Assembly: GCA_964449965.1 (NCBI GenBank)
Contig: CAYVEO010000001.1
Location: 15,189-79,188 of the forward strand
Direction of reading: 5' to 3'
DNA: 64,000 nt
From: an uncultured Planctomycetia bacterium
GTDB lineage: Bacteria; Omnitrophota; Gorgyraeia; CAYVEO01
Position 1 is the stretch's first letter, and each line of letters opens with the position of its first letter. The position numbers were made by a program, and so were the translations under genes. Below the pieces are notes generated by a model that saw only the letters and a list, made by a program, of their open reading frames with translations, was not told the origin of the DNA and did no database searches. Below are positions 8,055 to 18,338 of this stretch, in pieces.

Positions 8055-9021
8055 CCGTCCCCCCAAGTATCTCCAAACGCTTCTTTGCCTCTTCTGCCCA
8101 CGTAGTTTCGGAATAATCCCTGACAAGAGACTCATAATATATTTTTGCACTCGTCAGTTTTTTTCGTTTTTCATAAAACCTTGCTATATTAAATATCTTC
8201 TCAGCCTCTTTATTTTTTAGTTGTGCCTTTATACCCTTAACATCCTCTTTTAATTCACTTTCAGGATACTCTGCCTTGAATTCTTCTGATACCTTTATAC
8301 CGCTATCTGTTCCCTCCTGGTCATAAGGGGTATTGAGTGATATAAGAGAAGACGCAAGGACTATCTGATATTTTGCATCGTCTGTTAATGAACTTTTCGG
8401 ATATTCATTGATAAGTTTCTCAAACTCTGCCTTCGCCTCCTCATAATTCTTTTCCTTCATGTGGCATAACCCTATTTTATACTGCGCTATGTCTGCATAT
8501 TCGCCGTAGGGTGCATTCTCTATAACCTTCCGGAATATATCTATCGCCTTATCAACGGTCGGGATAAATAATACCCCCATAACCCTCCTCCTCTTCCCTT
8601 CATAAAAGAGGTTGGCAATTTTAAATTCCCTGCCTATAATCTCATTAACCCTCTCAGTGGACGGATACTCTTCTATAACTTTCTGATAAGATTTAAACGC
8701 CTCGTAATATTCTCCCTTATCCTCATATATCAGCCCTATGGTATACTGTGCCTCCGGGGCCTCTTCAGAAGAAGAATAATTTTTTATCAATTTTTTAAAT
8801 TCCAGTATCGCCTTGTCATAATCCCTGGAATTATATAATTCCATTCCATACTTAAATTGTTCCTTAGAGGTAGCTTTGACCGCATGTTTGGGATTTATCC
8901 ACTTACCTGTCTTTGGCGTCCATTCCCAGTAGGCTTCTGCTATAACTGTGCAAAAAATTCCCATAGTCAAAATAGACACTGCTATAATAATTCTTCTAAT
9001 CATAATACCTTTATGCTCCAA
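8044..9021 (-). CDS. TPR-repeat outer-membrane-associated protein, BamD/YbgF-like
   Basis: Signal peptide, then repeated TPR units (AQYTIGLIYEDKGEYYEAFKSYQKVIEEYP; AQYKIGLCHMKEKNYEEAKAEFEKLINEYP). Confidence 0.5.
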   Translation of the reverse strand: MEHKGIMIRRIIIAVSILTMGIFCTVIAEAYWEWTPKTGKWINPKHAVKATSKEQFKYGMELYNSRDYDKAILEFKKLIKNYSSSEEAPEAQYTIGLIYEDKGEYYEAFKSYQKVIEEYPSTERVNEIIGREFKIANLFYEGKRRRVMGVLFIPTVDKAIDIFRKVIENAPYGEYADIAQYKIGLCHMKEKNYEEAKAEFEKLINEYPKSSLTDDAKYQIVLASSLISLNTPYDQEGTDSGIKVSEEFKAEYPESELKEDVKGIKAQLKNKEAEKIFNIARFYEKRKKLTSAKIYYESLVRDYSETTWAEEAKKRLEILGGTDDK

Positions 9022-10273
9022 ATTTTTTCAATCTTAGTCCATTAGCCAATGCCAATGGCATGATATTAACCGCAGGAAACACGCCGAGCAGACCTTTGTG
9101 ACAGGCTGACTCTGAAAATGCAGAGACGTCGTCAGGTCTGCAGTATTTTGAGTACAGAAGGAATGGGACAGGGTGCCAACTATGTGACTTCAATACTGAA
9201 GGTGTAGAGTGGTCACCTGTAACCACTATTACGTCTGGTTTTAAATCCATCAATTTAGGAATATAACCATCCAATTCTTCTATTGCCTTGACCTTCCTGT
9301 CAAAATCTCCGTCCTCACCTGCTGAATCTGTCTTCTTAAAATGGACAAAAAAGAAGTCGTGGTTCCTGAAGTTTTCTTTTAATAATTCAAATTCATCCTT
9401 AATGGTATCACATCCGTCTAAGACCTTCATCCCTAACAGGCGTGCTATACCTTTATACATGGGATAACTCGCCAACGCCAGTGACCTCAATTTATACAGT
9501 TTATCAAACTGTGGCAGGTCCGGATAACTTGCAAAACCTCTGAGCAGGATGGCATTTGCCGGGGCTTGAGACTTAAGTAATGATATGGATTCCCGTATGA
9601 ATCTATTTACAAAAGAGGCTGTCCTTGATGCTTGAGGTTCGGTTGCCTTAACCTCTAAAATGCGTAATCCTTCTTTTTGAGGGTCGCTATCGGTAAGTTT
9701 ATCTGATAACCCTTCTCCTCTAAATATTACCACGGCCCTGTGTTCCTTCTCAGCGCGTAATATGAGTTCTATGCCTGATAATTTAATGCCTTCCAACATA
9801 GAGCATAGCTCCCTCGTCTTTTCAGTGGGTAATCTGCCTGCCCTCCTGTCACGAACCACGCCATTATTATCAATTGCAGCAAAATTGATTCTGGCTGCAA
9901 CATCATGTTGACCTTGTTTTAACCCGACCCCTGCTGCGGATAATGCCCCGCGCCCTATTTGATATTTTACCGGGTCATAGCCAAATAGTGAGAGATGAGC
10001 AGGTCCGCTGCCCGGCGTTATGCCAGGGCCAATAGGCTCGCTCATGCCGCAGATAGAACTTTGTGCCAATCTGTCAAGATTTGGCTTATGGGCAGATTCA
10101 AGCTCTGTCTTCTCCAATTCACCCGTCTGAGGCAGCCCGCCAAGCCCATCAGCAATGAGGAATACTATCTTGCTTTCTGACTCTATCACCAACTCAGATA
10201 ATAATTCTATTATCTCCCCACCCCTCTCTGTGAGGTTTTCATAAAGTCTATGAGGATAGAAAGTTCCGGACAC
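9011..10273 (-). CDS. apgM: 2,3-bisphosphoglycerate-independent phosphoglycerate mutase, archaeal-type (ApgM family)
   Basis: 420 aa metalloenzyme-superfamily pattern: VFLIADGLGG, VVTGDHSTPS, HSWHPVPFLL. Confidence 0.75.
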   Translation of the reverse strand: MSGTFYPHRLYENLTERGGEIIELLSELVIESESKIVFLIADGLGGLPQTGELEKTELESAHKPNLDRLAQSSICGMSEPIGPGITPGSGPAHLSLFGYDPVKYQIGRGALSAAGVGLKQGQHDVAARINFAAIDNNGVVRDRRAGRLPTEKTRELCSMLEGIKLSGIELILRAEKEHRAVVIFRGEGLSDKLTDSDPQKEGLRILEVKATEPQASRTASFVNRFIRESISLLKSQAPANAILLRGFASYPDLPQFDKLYKLRSLALASYPMYKGIARLLGMKVLDGCDTIKDEFELLKENFRNHDFFFVHFKKTDSAGEDGDFDRKVKAIEELDGYIPKLMDLKPDVIVVTGDHSTPSVLKSHSWHPVPFLLYSKYCRPDDVSAFSESACHKGLLGVFPAVNIMPLALANGLRLKKFGA

Positions 10274-10980
10274 TTCTCTACCTCAGAGTCTATCCTCTCA
10301 AATGCAGTGTTTAAAGAAAGTCCTGAATGGAATAGTATGCGAAAGGCGCGTTTCAGAGAAGAGACGGATTCATGGGATATACCTGCCCGTTTCAGACCTA
10401 TACTATTTAATCCATAAACCTTTGTAGGATGCCCATCTACGGTAGAATAAGGAGGGACATCCTGAACAACCTTGGAGCATCCTCCTATGATAGCCAGCAT
10501 GCCCACGCGAACAAATTGATGTATCGCTGCAAGACCTCCTACGATAGACTTATCCCCTATACGGACATGACCGGCCAGTGTCCCTGCATTTGCAATAATA
10601 ACCCTGTTACCGACATTGCAATCATGCGCCACATGGGCATATGCCATTATAAGATTATCATCACCTATAATAGTCTCTCCCCCTTCCCCTGTGCCAGGGT
10701 TGATTGTAACGTATTCTCTAATAACATTATTATTTCCTATCTTAAGGAAACTCTTTTCACCCTTGTATTTGAGGTCCTGGGGGATGCTGCCAATAACGGC
10801 ACCTGTAAATGCCCTGCAGTTCTCTCCGATAGTCGTCCTGCCTTCTATGACGCAAAAAGACCCTATAACAGTGCCCTGCCCCATAGTAACGTTCTCGCCA
10901 ATAATAGAATAGGGCCCAATCTCTGCATCACGAGCGACATTGGCACCTTTATTAATTATCGCCGTAGGATGAATTTTCAT
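10210..10980 (-). CDS. lpxA: UDP-N-acetylglucosamine O-acyltransferase
   Basis: 256 aa left-handed beta-helix with hexapeptide repeats. MKIHPTAIINKGANVARDAEIGPYSIIGENV and the LpxA C-terminal helical domain. Confidence 0.85.
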   Translation of the reverse strand: MKIHPTAIINKGANVARDAEIGPYSIIGENVTMGQGTVIGSFCVIEGRTTIGENCRAFTGAVIGSIPQDLKYKGEKSFLKIGNNNVIREYVTINPGTGEGGETIIGDDNLIMAYAHVAHDCNVGNRVIIANAGTLAGHVRIGDKSIVGGLAAIHQFVRVGMLAIIGGCSKVVQDVPPYSTVDGHPTKVYGLNSIGLKRAGISHESVSSLKRAFRILFHSGLSLNTAFERIDSEVEKCPELSILIDFMKTSQRGVGR

Positions 10981-12773
10981 ACCTTTGCCACCATAATATC
11001 AGAATTTACCACAGGGAATAACATTGCATTAGCAAATTCTTCCTGGAAATCCGGCCTGCCGGACAATTCAATCTGCTCTGTATTTCCGGCTATCTCTATT
11101 GATTCTCTTATTGCGTCCTTTGAACAGAGTGCCATTTTTGAGCCTACAAATGCAGCATTACCTATAGACCTTACCCTTTCCAGTCCCATAGATGGTATAA
11201 GCCCGAGCCTCAATGCACTCTCTTTCTTTATGTAATTACCGAATGCCCCTGCCAGAAGTATTTCAGAGATAGATTCAGTCTTAATGTCTAACTCTTTCTT
11301 CAATATCTCTATCCCTGCCTGGATGGCACCTTTTGCCACCTGTATCTCTCTAACGTCTTTCTGTGTAATTGCTATATCCTTATGGTCATCTTTGAACAGG
11401 GAGAAACTCGGCACTGCCATCCGTCCGGTTTCATCTATAAGATGTTCTTTTAACATTTCACTTATAGCATCTACTATCCCGCTGCCGCATATTCCCACCG
11501 GGACACCCCCGCCGATAACACCTAACTGGACCTTCCCATCAATGATATGAACGGATTCTATGGCACCCGCTGACGCCCTCATCCCATGTCTTATATGTAT
11601 GCCTTCAAATGCAGGTCCGGCAGCAGTAGATGAGGCAAGAATGCGGTCCTTGTTTCCAAGCATTATCTCACCATTCGTACCAATATCTATAGCCAATCTT
11701 ATATCATCACCCCTGTGAAGTTGGCTTGCAAGCATGACCCCTACAGAGTCAGAGCCGACAAATGCTGATATGTTTGGCAGGACGCGCAGATTCGCATTGG
11801 GATGAATCTCTATGCCTAAGTCATGGGCCTTTATTTTAACCAGTTCCTTTACCACAGGTATATATGGGGCAGAGGCTATAAACTGCGGAGGTATACCAAG
11901 TAAAAGGTGGTGCATAGTCGTATTCCCCACAGCTGTCATAGAATATATCTTGTTACGGCTTATCCCGGCCTGCAGTGCAGCATCTTCTATAATAGTATTT
12001 ATTACCTCTATGACTTTATTATGCAATTTTGAAAGACCATTTTTATCATTGATGGTAAGATTAATCCTGAATATTATATCGTCGCCATATATCACCTGGT
12101 CATTCATCCTGGAAGAAATGGCAGCCTCCCTGCCTGTGTTAAGGTCAACTATAGCACCAACTACAGTCGTCGTCCCTATATCAAAACACATTCCATAACA
12201 TTCGTTCCTGGTATCATGAGGTTCTATATTTATAAGTTCACTATCATCTAAAGTAGCAGTTATTTTAAAATCTGAAGACCTTATTATATGCGGCAATTCC
12301 CGAATGGCTTTGAGATTGGCATATATGGGTTTACCGGTTGATTTAATGACATTTTCCTTCAGGTTTTCAAAATCCGAAACCTGGTAGTTAAGCGCTGGCG
12401 GGGTGAGTTCTAAAAATATCTTCTCAACTGTGGGATTGACTTTGAATTCCTTCTCTTCACCATGCGTCAGTATCTTTTGCACATGGAGGCGCGTTTCATC
12501 AGGGATACGAACCACTAAGTCAGCAGATGACTTCAACATACAGCTCAGCCTGTACCCTTCTAATAATTCATCCTCAGACAGGAACTTCCTATCTGATAGA
12601 CTGATTTCAGTAGAGCCGCTTATCACCTGAACCAAACACTTGCCGCAGGTGCCTGTGCCGCCGCAAGGGGTATCTATGACTATACCGGCAAGCCTCGCAG
12701 CCTCTTTTACAGTCGTGCCGCCTGGCACATGTATCACACGACCATCAGGCTGGAATTTTATCTTAAACGTCAC
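10977..12773 (-). CDS. 2Fe-2S ferredoxin plus ASKHA-ATPase fusion, RACo-like (DUF4445 family)
   Basis: N-terminal plant-type ferredoxin (CGGTGTCGKCLVQV...LSCM). C-terminal actin-fold ATPase motifs DIGTTTVVGAIVDL and DIGTNGEIMLGN...AAGPAFEG. 598 aa. Confidence 0.6.
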   Translation of the reverse strand: MTFKIKFQPDGRVIHVPGGTTVKEAARLAGIVIDTPCGGTGTCGKCLVQVISGSTEISLSDRKFLSEDELLEGYRLSCMLKSSADLVVRIPDETRLHVQKILTHGEEKEFKVNPTVEKIFLELTPPALNYQVSDFENLKENVIKSTGKPIYANLKAIRELPHIIRSSDFKITATLDDSELINIEPHDTRNECYGMCFDIGTTTVVGAIVDLNTGREAAISSRMNDQVIYGDDIIFRINLTINDKNGLSKLHNKVIEVINTIIEDAALQAGISRNKIYSMTAVGNTTMHHLLLGIPPQFIASAPYIPVVKELVKIKAHDLGIEIHPNANLRVLPNISAFVGSDSVGVMLASQLHRGDDIRLAIDIGTNGEIMLGNKDRILASSTAAGPAFEGIHIRHGMRASAGAIESVHIIDGKVQLGVIGGGVPVGICGSGIVDAISEMLKEHLIDETGRMAVPSFSLFKDDHKDIAITQKDVREIQVAKGAIQAGIEILKKELDIKTESISEILLAGAFGNYIKKESALRLGLIPSMGLERVRSIGNAAFVGSKMALCSKDAIRESIEIAGNTEQIELSGRPDFQEEFANAMLFPVVNSDIMVAKV

Positions 12774-13099
12774 TACGCAACTGCCTCCAGTTTTTTTGCA
12801 ATCTTATCCTTGGGCATGACACCCACAAACCTTTCCACTTCTTTCCCGCCTTTAAAAAGTATCAATGTGGGAATATTCATAACATGCTGGCTCGTTGCAG
12901 TCTTCGTATTCTCATCCACGTCTAATTTCCCAACCTTTATCCTGCCTGAATAATCACGCGCCAGTTCCTCAACGACAGGTGCTATAATCTTGCACGGCCC
13001 GCACCAGCCTGCCCAGAAATCCACAAGCACAGGCATATCTGATTTTATAACCTCATCCGAAAAATTCCCGTCCGTAATCTGCACAACCCCTTCAGCCAT
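12773..13099 (-). CDS. trxA: thioredoxin
   Basis: 108 aa with WAGWCGPCK active site. Confidence 0.9.
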   Translation of the reverse strand: MAEGVVQITDGNFSDEVIKSDMPVLVDFWAGWCGPCKIIAPVVEELARDYSGRIKVGKLDVDENTKTATSQHVMNIPTLILFKGGKEVERFVGVMPKDKIAKKLEAVA

Positions 13100-13148
13100 T
13101 TTATTGCCTCCTCATTAAATTATCGTTATTCTATCACAGTAGCCACAA

Positions 13149-14333
13149 TTAGTCAAATGAATATTGCGCCCTCTTTATCTCTATCCCGGGATAATAAAAC
13201 TTGAGAATGTCTTCTGCCTTGTAGCCTGCATCTGCCATGTAGTAGGCACCCCACTGGCACATCCCTACGCCATGTCCCCATCCAAATCCTTCAAAATAGG
13301 CATAGCCCCTTTCTATGGTTACTTTAAAATTAGTGCTGCGGATAGTATCAGGACCTACTATAAGGCGGAAATCCTTGGCTGGAATTGTAAGATTACCATT
13401 AGAGTGACTTATTTTTAATGCCTTTATGCGGCCAGAATCGGTTTTGCCTACTGGTGTTATGGACCTTATCCTTCCTACATACTTGCCATTTCTCTCTAAT
13501 AGATTCTCTATCTCACGTAAAGGAACCTTTCTGAGCCACTGGTAAGAAGGAGAGTCTTTACACCAGTCACACTTGACTTTTGGTATAGGGTATCTGAAAT
13601 CCAGTTCCCATAACTGATTGGCATTCTCTGTCCATCCGCCGCATGCCCCATGAAAGAAGGCTAATAGAGGTTTGTCATCATAGAGCATAATCTTACCCTC
13701 TGTCTCTTTTACTGCTGCAGCCACCCTGCGGTCTTCAACCTTTTCACCCTTATAGACCATAGAGTAGACAGAGGATTTCACATCATAATCTTTATCACTA
13801 TTTTTTAAAAGGTGATATGTTAAATATGTCCTTGAGGCTATGGCTTGAGCCTTGAGTGCTTCTATGGGCCAATCTGCAGATATCTCGGAAGCCACTACAC
13901 TATGCAGGTATTCTTCACTATCTAAGTGGTTGATTATTAGGAGTCTTTTATTGCTCTGCCTGATTATTTCTACAGAACCTCTAAGGCGCGTATCGCCAAT
14001 GTCCATAGCAGGTTCCCGCTCCGGTTTAATCCTTATGCCAAAAATCTTATAATCAGTATTGCCTATCCTTACACCTGCCATTGTGGGATAGACATCTGTG
14101 TGTCTCAGGTATGTCCCTTCACCTAACAGTTCGTTTGTATATGGTGTCGTAATCTTATAAGGGCTGCTTATCCTGATATTTATCTTCTTTGCATTCTCAA
14201 GTAAAGCCACTCTGACATCTTGAGGATATGTGACAGTGTTTAGTAATAAAGTCAGAATGACAGAAGGAAATGTTATACTAAAACATCTCTTTCTGCGGCT
14301 CTTTCTTTGGAGGGACTTTTTTGAAATGTTCAT
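13149..14333 (-). CDS. SpoIID/LytB-domain protein (amidase enhancer / lytic transglycosylase family)
   Basis: Signal peptide. AIASRTYL...HGACGGWTE...[15 protein letters not shown], characteristic of SpoIID/LytB. The start is uncertain because it overlaps the ruvB 3' end by 55 nt. Confidence 0.75.
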   Translation of the reverse strand: MNISKKSLQRKSRRKRCFSITFPSVILTLLLNTVTYPQDVRVALLENAKKINIRISSPYKITTPYTNELLGEGTYLRHTDVYPTMAGVRIGNTDYKIFGIRIKPEREPAMDIGDTRLRGSVEIIRQSNKRLLIINHLDSEEYLHSVVASEISADWPIEALKAQAIASRTYLTYHLLKNSDKDYDVKSSVYSMVYKGEKVEDRRVAAAVKETEGKIMLYDDKPLLAFFHGACGGWTENANQLWELDFRYPIPKVKCDWCKDSPSYQWLRKVPLREIENLLERNGKYVGRIRSITPVGKTDSGRIKALKISHSNGNLTIPAKDFRLIVGPDTIRSTNFKVTIERGYAYFEGFGWGHGVGMCQWGAYYMADAGYKAEDILKFYYPGIEIKRAQYSFD

Positions 14334-15357
14334 ATGCCAATCTTGTTGCCTCTCTGCCTCGTGATGTGCGTTTTAAAAATCCAATCTTTAAGAGGAATGG
14401 TTCTACAATATCAACTATAGTATCGGTCTCTTCATTCAGGGATGCTGCCAACGCCTCAATCCCAACAGGGCCGCCATCATAAAATTCCATAACAGTGTTA
14501 AGGACCTTCCTGTCAAGAATATCCAGCCCCTTCTCATCTACGCCCTGCATATTTAATGCCTCATGTGCTACAACAGCAGTCACCTTCCCGTCAGATTTTA
14601 CTTCAGCATAATCCCTTACCCTCCTGAGTAACCTATTAGCCACACGCGGTGTTCCTCTGGAACGGCGAGAGATTTCCCATGCACCTTCTTCCTCCATTGT
14701 AATCTCTAATATCTTCGCAGAACGACTAACTACGGAAACGAGTTCTTCTACAGAATAATAATCCAGATAGTAGAACATGCCAAATCTCCCGCGAAGCGGG
14801 GCTGTTAATAGCCCTGCCCGTGTAGTAGCGCCTACAAGCGTAAAAGGCTTGAGGTTAAACTTGATGGTCTTTGCATAGGGACCTTTATCTATTACAAAAT
14901 CTATGTGAAAACTCTCCATGGCAGGATATAGGAATTCCTCTACCACTTTTGATAATCTGTGGATTTCATCTATAAAAAGTATATCCCCCTCGCCAAGGTT
15001 AGTAAGAATTCCTATCAGGTCCCCGGCCCTTTCTATCGCAGGACCAGAGGTAGAAGTAACCTTTGTCCCCATTTCGTGGGCTATGATATGCGCCAATGTA
15101 GTCTTGCCTAATCCAGGCGGCCCTGCCAGAAGTATGTGTTCTAACGGTTCGTACCGTTTTTTTGCAGCAGTAATGGCTATAGAAAGATTCTCTTTCAGAC
15201 TCGTCTGGCCGATAAAATCTTTTATATTACCCGGCCTGAGAGACAGGTTTAGTATAACATCATCTTCTGTCTCACCTGCTCCTATTAACCTTTCCCTTAC
15301 GTCCTTAAGTTTTGATACATCATCCATCAGAGTTTCTCTTCTGCCTGTAAATCTCAT
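14278..15357 (-). CDS. ruvB: Holliday junction helicase RuvB
   Basis: [22 protein letters not shown] Walker A, AAA+ fold, winged-helix C-terminus. Confidence 0.9.
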   Translation of the reverse strand: MRFTGRRETLMDDVSKLKDVRERLIGAGETEDDVILNLSLRPGNIKDFIGQTSLKENLSIAITAAKKRYEPLEHILLAGPPGLGKTTLAHIIAHEMGTKVTSTSGPAIERAGDLIGILTNLGEGDILFIDEIHRLSKVVEEFLYPAMESFHIDFVIDKGPYAKTIKFNLKPFTLVGATTRAGLLTAPLRGRFGMFYYLDYYSVEELVSVVSRSAKILEITMEEEGAWEISRRSRGTPRVANRLLRRVRDYAEVKSDGKVTAVVAHEALNMQGVDEKGLDILDRKVLNTVMEFYDGGPVGIEALAASLNEETDTIVDIVEPFLLKIGFLKRTSRGREATRLAYEHFKKVPPKKEPQKEMF

Positions 15358-15967
15358 TCAATATGTCTTCAACAGTTGTAAGACGACAATCTCTGCTTGT
15401 GGTTTTCTTAACCATCTCTTCTGCTTCGTACCTGGTATATTCTAATTGCAATAAAACCTCTATAGCCTCTTTTCTGATATTTTCTGCTTTTGATGGAGAT
15501 TCTATTACCTCACCGTCTTTCTTGACCCTTTCCTGGAGCAAACCAAATTTACCCACCTTGCCCTGGAGTTTTGCAATAATCTCTCTTGCCCTCTGTTCTC
15601 CTATACCCGGGAGTGATTTCAAAAGGGAGTAATCTGCCGAGTCAATCGCTCTGGCAATCGTTGGTATCGGCAGACTCAATGCCCTGACCGCAGCCTTAGG
15701 CCCTATACCTGAAACCGTTATGAATTTTTCAAAGAATTCTTTTTCTATCTCGTTCAGGAAACCTACCATGACAGGGATACTTCTTGAAGGCTCAATCTGG
15801 TGGTAATGAAAAATAACGAGTTCCACTACATGGTCATCGCCGATTCTGGATTCCATAGGCTCCAGAATAGCCTTGGGAACGAGGACTTCGTAGCAGAAGT
15901 TGTTCACTTCAATGATGACCTTGTTTTCTCCCTTTTCTCTCAGTTTACCGCGAACCCGTGATATCAT
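15320..15967 (-). CDS. ruvA: Holliday junction DNA helicase RuvA
   Basis: MISRVRGKL...OB domain, two HhH motifs ([12 protein letters not shown]; [15 protein letters not shown]) and a C-terminal RuvB-binding domain. Confidence 0.85.
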   Translation of the reverse strand: MISRVRGKLREKGENKVIIEVNNFCYEVLVPKAILEPMESRIGDDHVVELVIFHYHQIEPSRSIPVMVGFLNEIEKEFFEKFITVSGIGPKAAVRALSLPIPTIARAIDSADYSLLKSLPGIGEQRAREIIAKLQGKVGKFGLLQERVKKDGEVIESPSKAENIRKEAIEVLLQLEYTRYEAEEMVKKTTSRDCRLTTVEDILNEIYRQKRNSDG

Positions 15968-16443
15968 CTTTTGCCATTATAAAAGGCATGTGCAATCGCC
16001 AGTGCCAGTGCATCTGTAAGGTCCAGAGATTGAGGGCATTCTTTTATATTAAGGAAATGCTGGACCATCCTCTGAATCTGCTCTTTGCTCGCTTTACCAT
16101 TGCCGGTTATTGATTTCCTGACATGTGTAGCAGAATATCCTACAAGAGGTACTCTCATCATGGAGGCTGCCAGACAGACCACGCCCCGAACGTGCCCCAT
16201 CAATATGGCAGTCCTGGGATGTTTGTAATGTGAATATAGTTCCTCAAGGACGATAATCCTCGGTTTATATTCCTTTACTATCTCAACTATTCCATTATAA
16301 ACTTTATTGAGCCTTGCGGGGATGGTTTTGGTAGATGGGTTTTTTATAACGCCGGCTTCTATTAGACGAAAATCTCTTCCTTCTGAATTTATAATACCAT
16401 AACCTGTAACATGTAATCCAGGGTCTATGCCCAAGATACGCAT
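15964..16443 (-). CDS. ruvC: Holliday junction resolvase RuvC
   Basis: MRILGIDPGLHVTGYGII with the RNase H-like catalytic acidic residues. 159 aa. Confidence 0.9.
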   Translation of the reverse strand: MRILGIDPGLHVTGYGIINSEGRDFRLIEAGVIKNPSTKTIPARLNKVYNGIVEIVKEYKPRIIVLEELYSHYKHPRTAILMGHVRGVVCLAASMMRVPLVGYSATHVRKSITGNGKASKEQIQRMVQHFLNIKECPQSLDLTDALALAIAHAFYNGKR

Positions 16444-16446
16444 AAA

Positions 16447-17193
16447 TTACCCTGCCTTTGCAAGCACTTCATCAGGTATATCAAAGTTTGCATATACATT
16501 CTGGACATCTTCATGCTCTTCCAGAGCCTCAACTAACCCGAGTACCTGGCTCGCTAAACCCTTGTCCACCTTTACAGTGGTCTGGGGCAGCATTGTAATC
16601 TCAGCCATCTGATAGGGGACATTATTCTCATGGAGTTTGGTTTTTATCTTCTCAAGGTCCTTAGGGTCTGTAATAACCTCATAGGTATCACCTTCAGTCT
16701 TCAAATCCTCTGCGCCGCTTTCAAGGACTATGGACATCAATTTATCCTCATCCGCTGATTTCTTATCAATAAGGATAAAACCTTTTTTATGAAAGAGCCA
16801 GCTGACAGAACCCGTTCCTGCCAGGTTTCCCCCCCTCTTGGAAAATATGTTCCTTATCTCTGCCGAGGTCCTGTTCTTATTGTCTGTAGTAACCTCAACC
16901 AGGACAGCCACACCGCCATGGGCATAGCCTTCATATACCACTTCTTCATAAACAACACCAGGCAGTTCCCCTGTCCCTTTCTTGATTGCCCGCTCTATAT
17001 TTTCATTAGGCATATTTGCCTCTCTTGCCTTACTCAATATAGTCCGCAGCGTAGGATTTGAATCAGGACTGCCTCCTCCGTGCTTGGCAGCCACTGTTAT
17101 ATCTTTAGTTAATTTGGAAAATAGTTTACCTTTCTTTGCGTCTGCCAAACCTTTCTTATGCTTTATCCCAGCCCATTTAGAATGTCCTGACAT
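16447..17193 (-). CDS. yebC: YebC/PmpR family DNA-binding regulator
   Basis: MSGHSKWAGIKHKKG...GGGSPDSNPTLR signature. Heads the yebC-ruvC-ruvA-ruvB operon. Its first 7 codons and RBS lie in the 33-bp left att core. Confidence 0.9.
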   Translation of the reverse strand: MSGHSKWAGIKHKKGLADAKKGKLFSKLTKDITVAAKHGGGSPDSNPTLRTILSKAREANMPNENIERAIKKGTGELPGVVYEEVVYEGYAHGGVAVLVEVTTDNKNRTSAEIRNIFSKRGGNLAGTGSVSWLFHKKGFILIDKKSADEDKLMSIVLESGAEDLKTEGDTYEVITDPKDLEKIKTKLHENNVPYQMAEITMLPQTTVKVDKGLASQVLGLVEALEEHEDVQNVYANFDIPDEVLAKAG

Positions 17194-18311
17194 ATCATTG
17201 CTCCTCTATTAGCAATCTTTTCTAACCTGTTATTATTATATATAGTTCCGTGTTCTACCTTTTCATGGACTTTATCTCTGTTACCATCAAGTGTCCAAAA
17301 AGTGTCCACATCCCTGTATAGAAGCTCCACTGCTGAGTGTTTGTGGTTAGGTGAAAGGTGAGAATACCGAAGCGTCATATCCAGGCTCTTATGTCCCAAT
17401 AATTCTTTAACAGTCACTATATCAACCCCTGCCATAACCATATGCGAGGCAAAAGTGTGGCGACAATCGTGTAGATGGAAGTCTTTTATACCAACTCTCT
17501 TTACTGTTAGTCTAAATGCACGTGATAAACTATCCTTATGGATTCTATTGCCCTGTGTGTCACAGAAAACATAAGGACTATCAGTAGGACAGCGTAGCCT
17601 TAACGTCTCAAGTGCCTTTCTTGCTTCGGTATTCATTGGGATATGACGTTGTTCATAATTCTTTGTATCTCTTAAAGTGATTATATCACGAACAAAATCA
17701 ACATCATCCCATCTTAGGTTTAATATCTCGCTCCGTCTCATCCCCGTATTAAACGCCACTACTACAATCGGCTTCAGGGAATCAGAACAGGCATCTAATA
17801 ATGCTTTTATTGCACCTTTCTCTAAAAATCGTATCCGTCTGTTATTTACCTTAAACAACTTTACTTTCTTCACAGGATTCTCATTTGCTTTACCCCATTC
17901 AATCGCTTTTGTAAACATATGTTTCATACAAGCAATCTCACGGTTGACTGTTGCTGCGAGACGGCCATCACTAATACGTCTTGCTTTATAGTCTTCTATC
18001 ATTAGAGGGGTTATTTCATATAGATACCTATTCCCGAACAAAGGAATAAGACGTTTCAAAATACTTTCATCTTTATCAGAGGATTTCTTATTCTGTCGTG
18101 AATATCTCTCTACGTATTCCCTTGCCATGTCCCTAAAAAGTATCTTATGCTGTTTTTGGACATCTAAAAACCTGTTCTCCGCTATGCTGACCTTGATTTT
18201 ATTCAATACTGACTCTGCCTGGCGTCTGCTTGGCCCAACCTTTTGCCTGTGCCGTTTACCACGATACCAGTAATCTATAAAATAATTATCGCCTTTCTTA
18301 CGGACACCCAT
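17163..18311 (-). CDS. int: tyrosine recombinase / phage-type integrase
   Basis: MGVRKKGDNYFIDYWYRGKRHRQ N-terminus. Catalytic HDCRHTFAS...LLGH...LRYSHL with Tyr. The ORF continues about 50 aa past the catalytic Tyr, through the arm repeats and att core, into yebC. Confidence 0.85.
   Translation of the reverse strand: MGVRKKGDNYFIDYWYRGKRHRQKVGPSRRQAESVLNKIKVSIAENRFLDVQKQHKILFRDMAREYVERYSRQNKKSSDKDESILKRLIPLFGNRYLYEITPLMIEDYKARRISDGRLAATVNREIACMKHMFTKAIEWGKANENPVKKVKLFKVNNRRIRFLEKGAIKALLDACSDSLKPIVVVAFNTGMRRSEILNLRWDDVDFVRDIITLRDTKNYEQRHIPMNTEARKALETLRLRCPTDSPYVFCDTQGNRIHKDSLSRAFRLTVKRVGIKDFHLHDCRHTFASHMVMAGVDIVTVKELLGHKSLDMTLRYSHLSPNHKHSAVELLYRDVDTFWTLDGNRDKVHEKVEHGTIYNNNRLEKIANRGAMICQDILNGLG
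17173..17205. repeat. attL core (33-bp direct repeat containing the yebC RBS and start)
   Basis: Identical to 30031-30063. Confidence 0.8.
17291..17308. promoter_or_regulatory. integrase arm-type binding repeats, left (2 x GTGTCCA, 11-bp register)
   Basis: GTGTCCAAAAAGTGTCCA, 86 nt inside the element from the core. The same 18-mer recurs at 29905-29922. Confidence 0.55.
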
Positions 18312-18338
18312 TTTATCCCTCCACCTTAAATTATCATA

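Noticed and set aside
10429-11235. 268-aa plus-strand ORF
   Set aside because: Antisense to the lpxA/RACo-like genes, whose translations have clear family signatures. The plus-frame product is low-complexity with no motifs. Treated as a shadow ORF.
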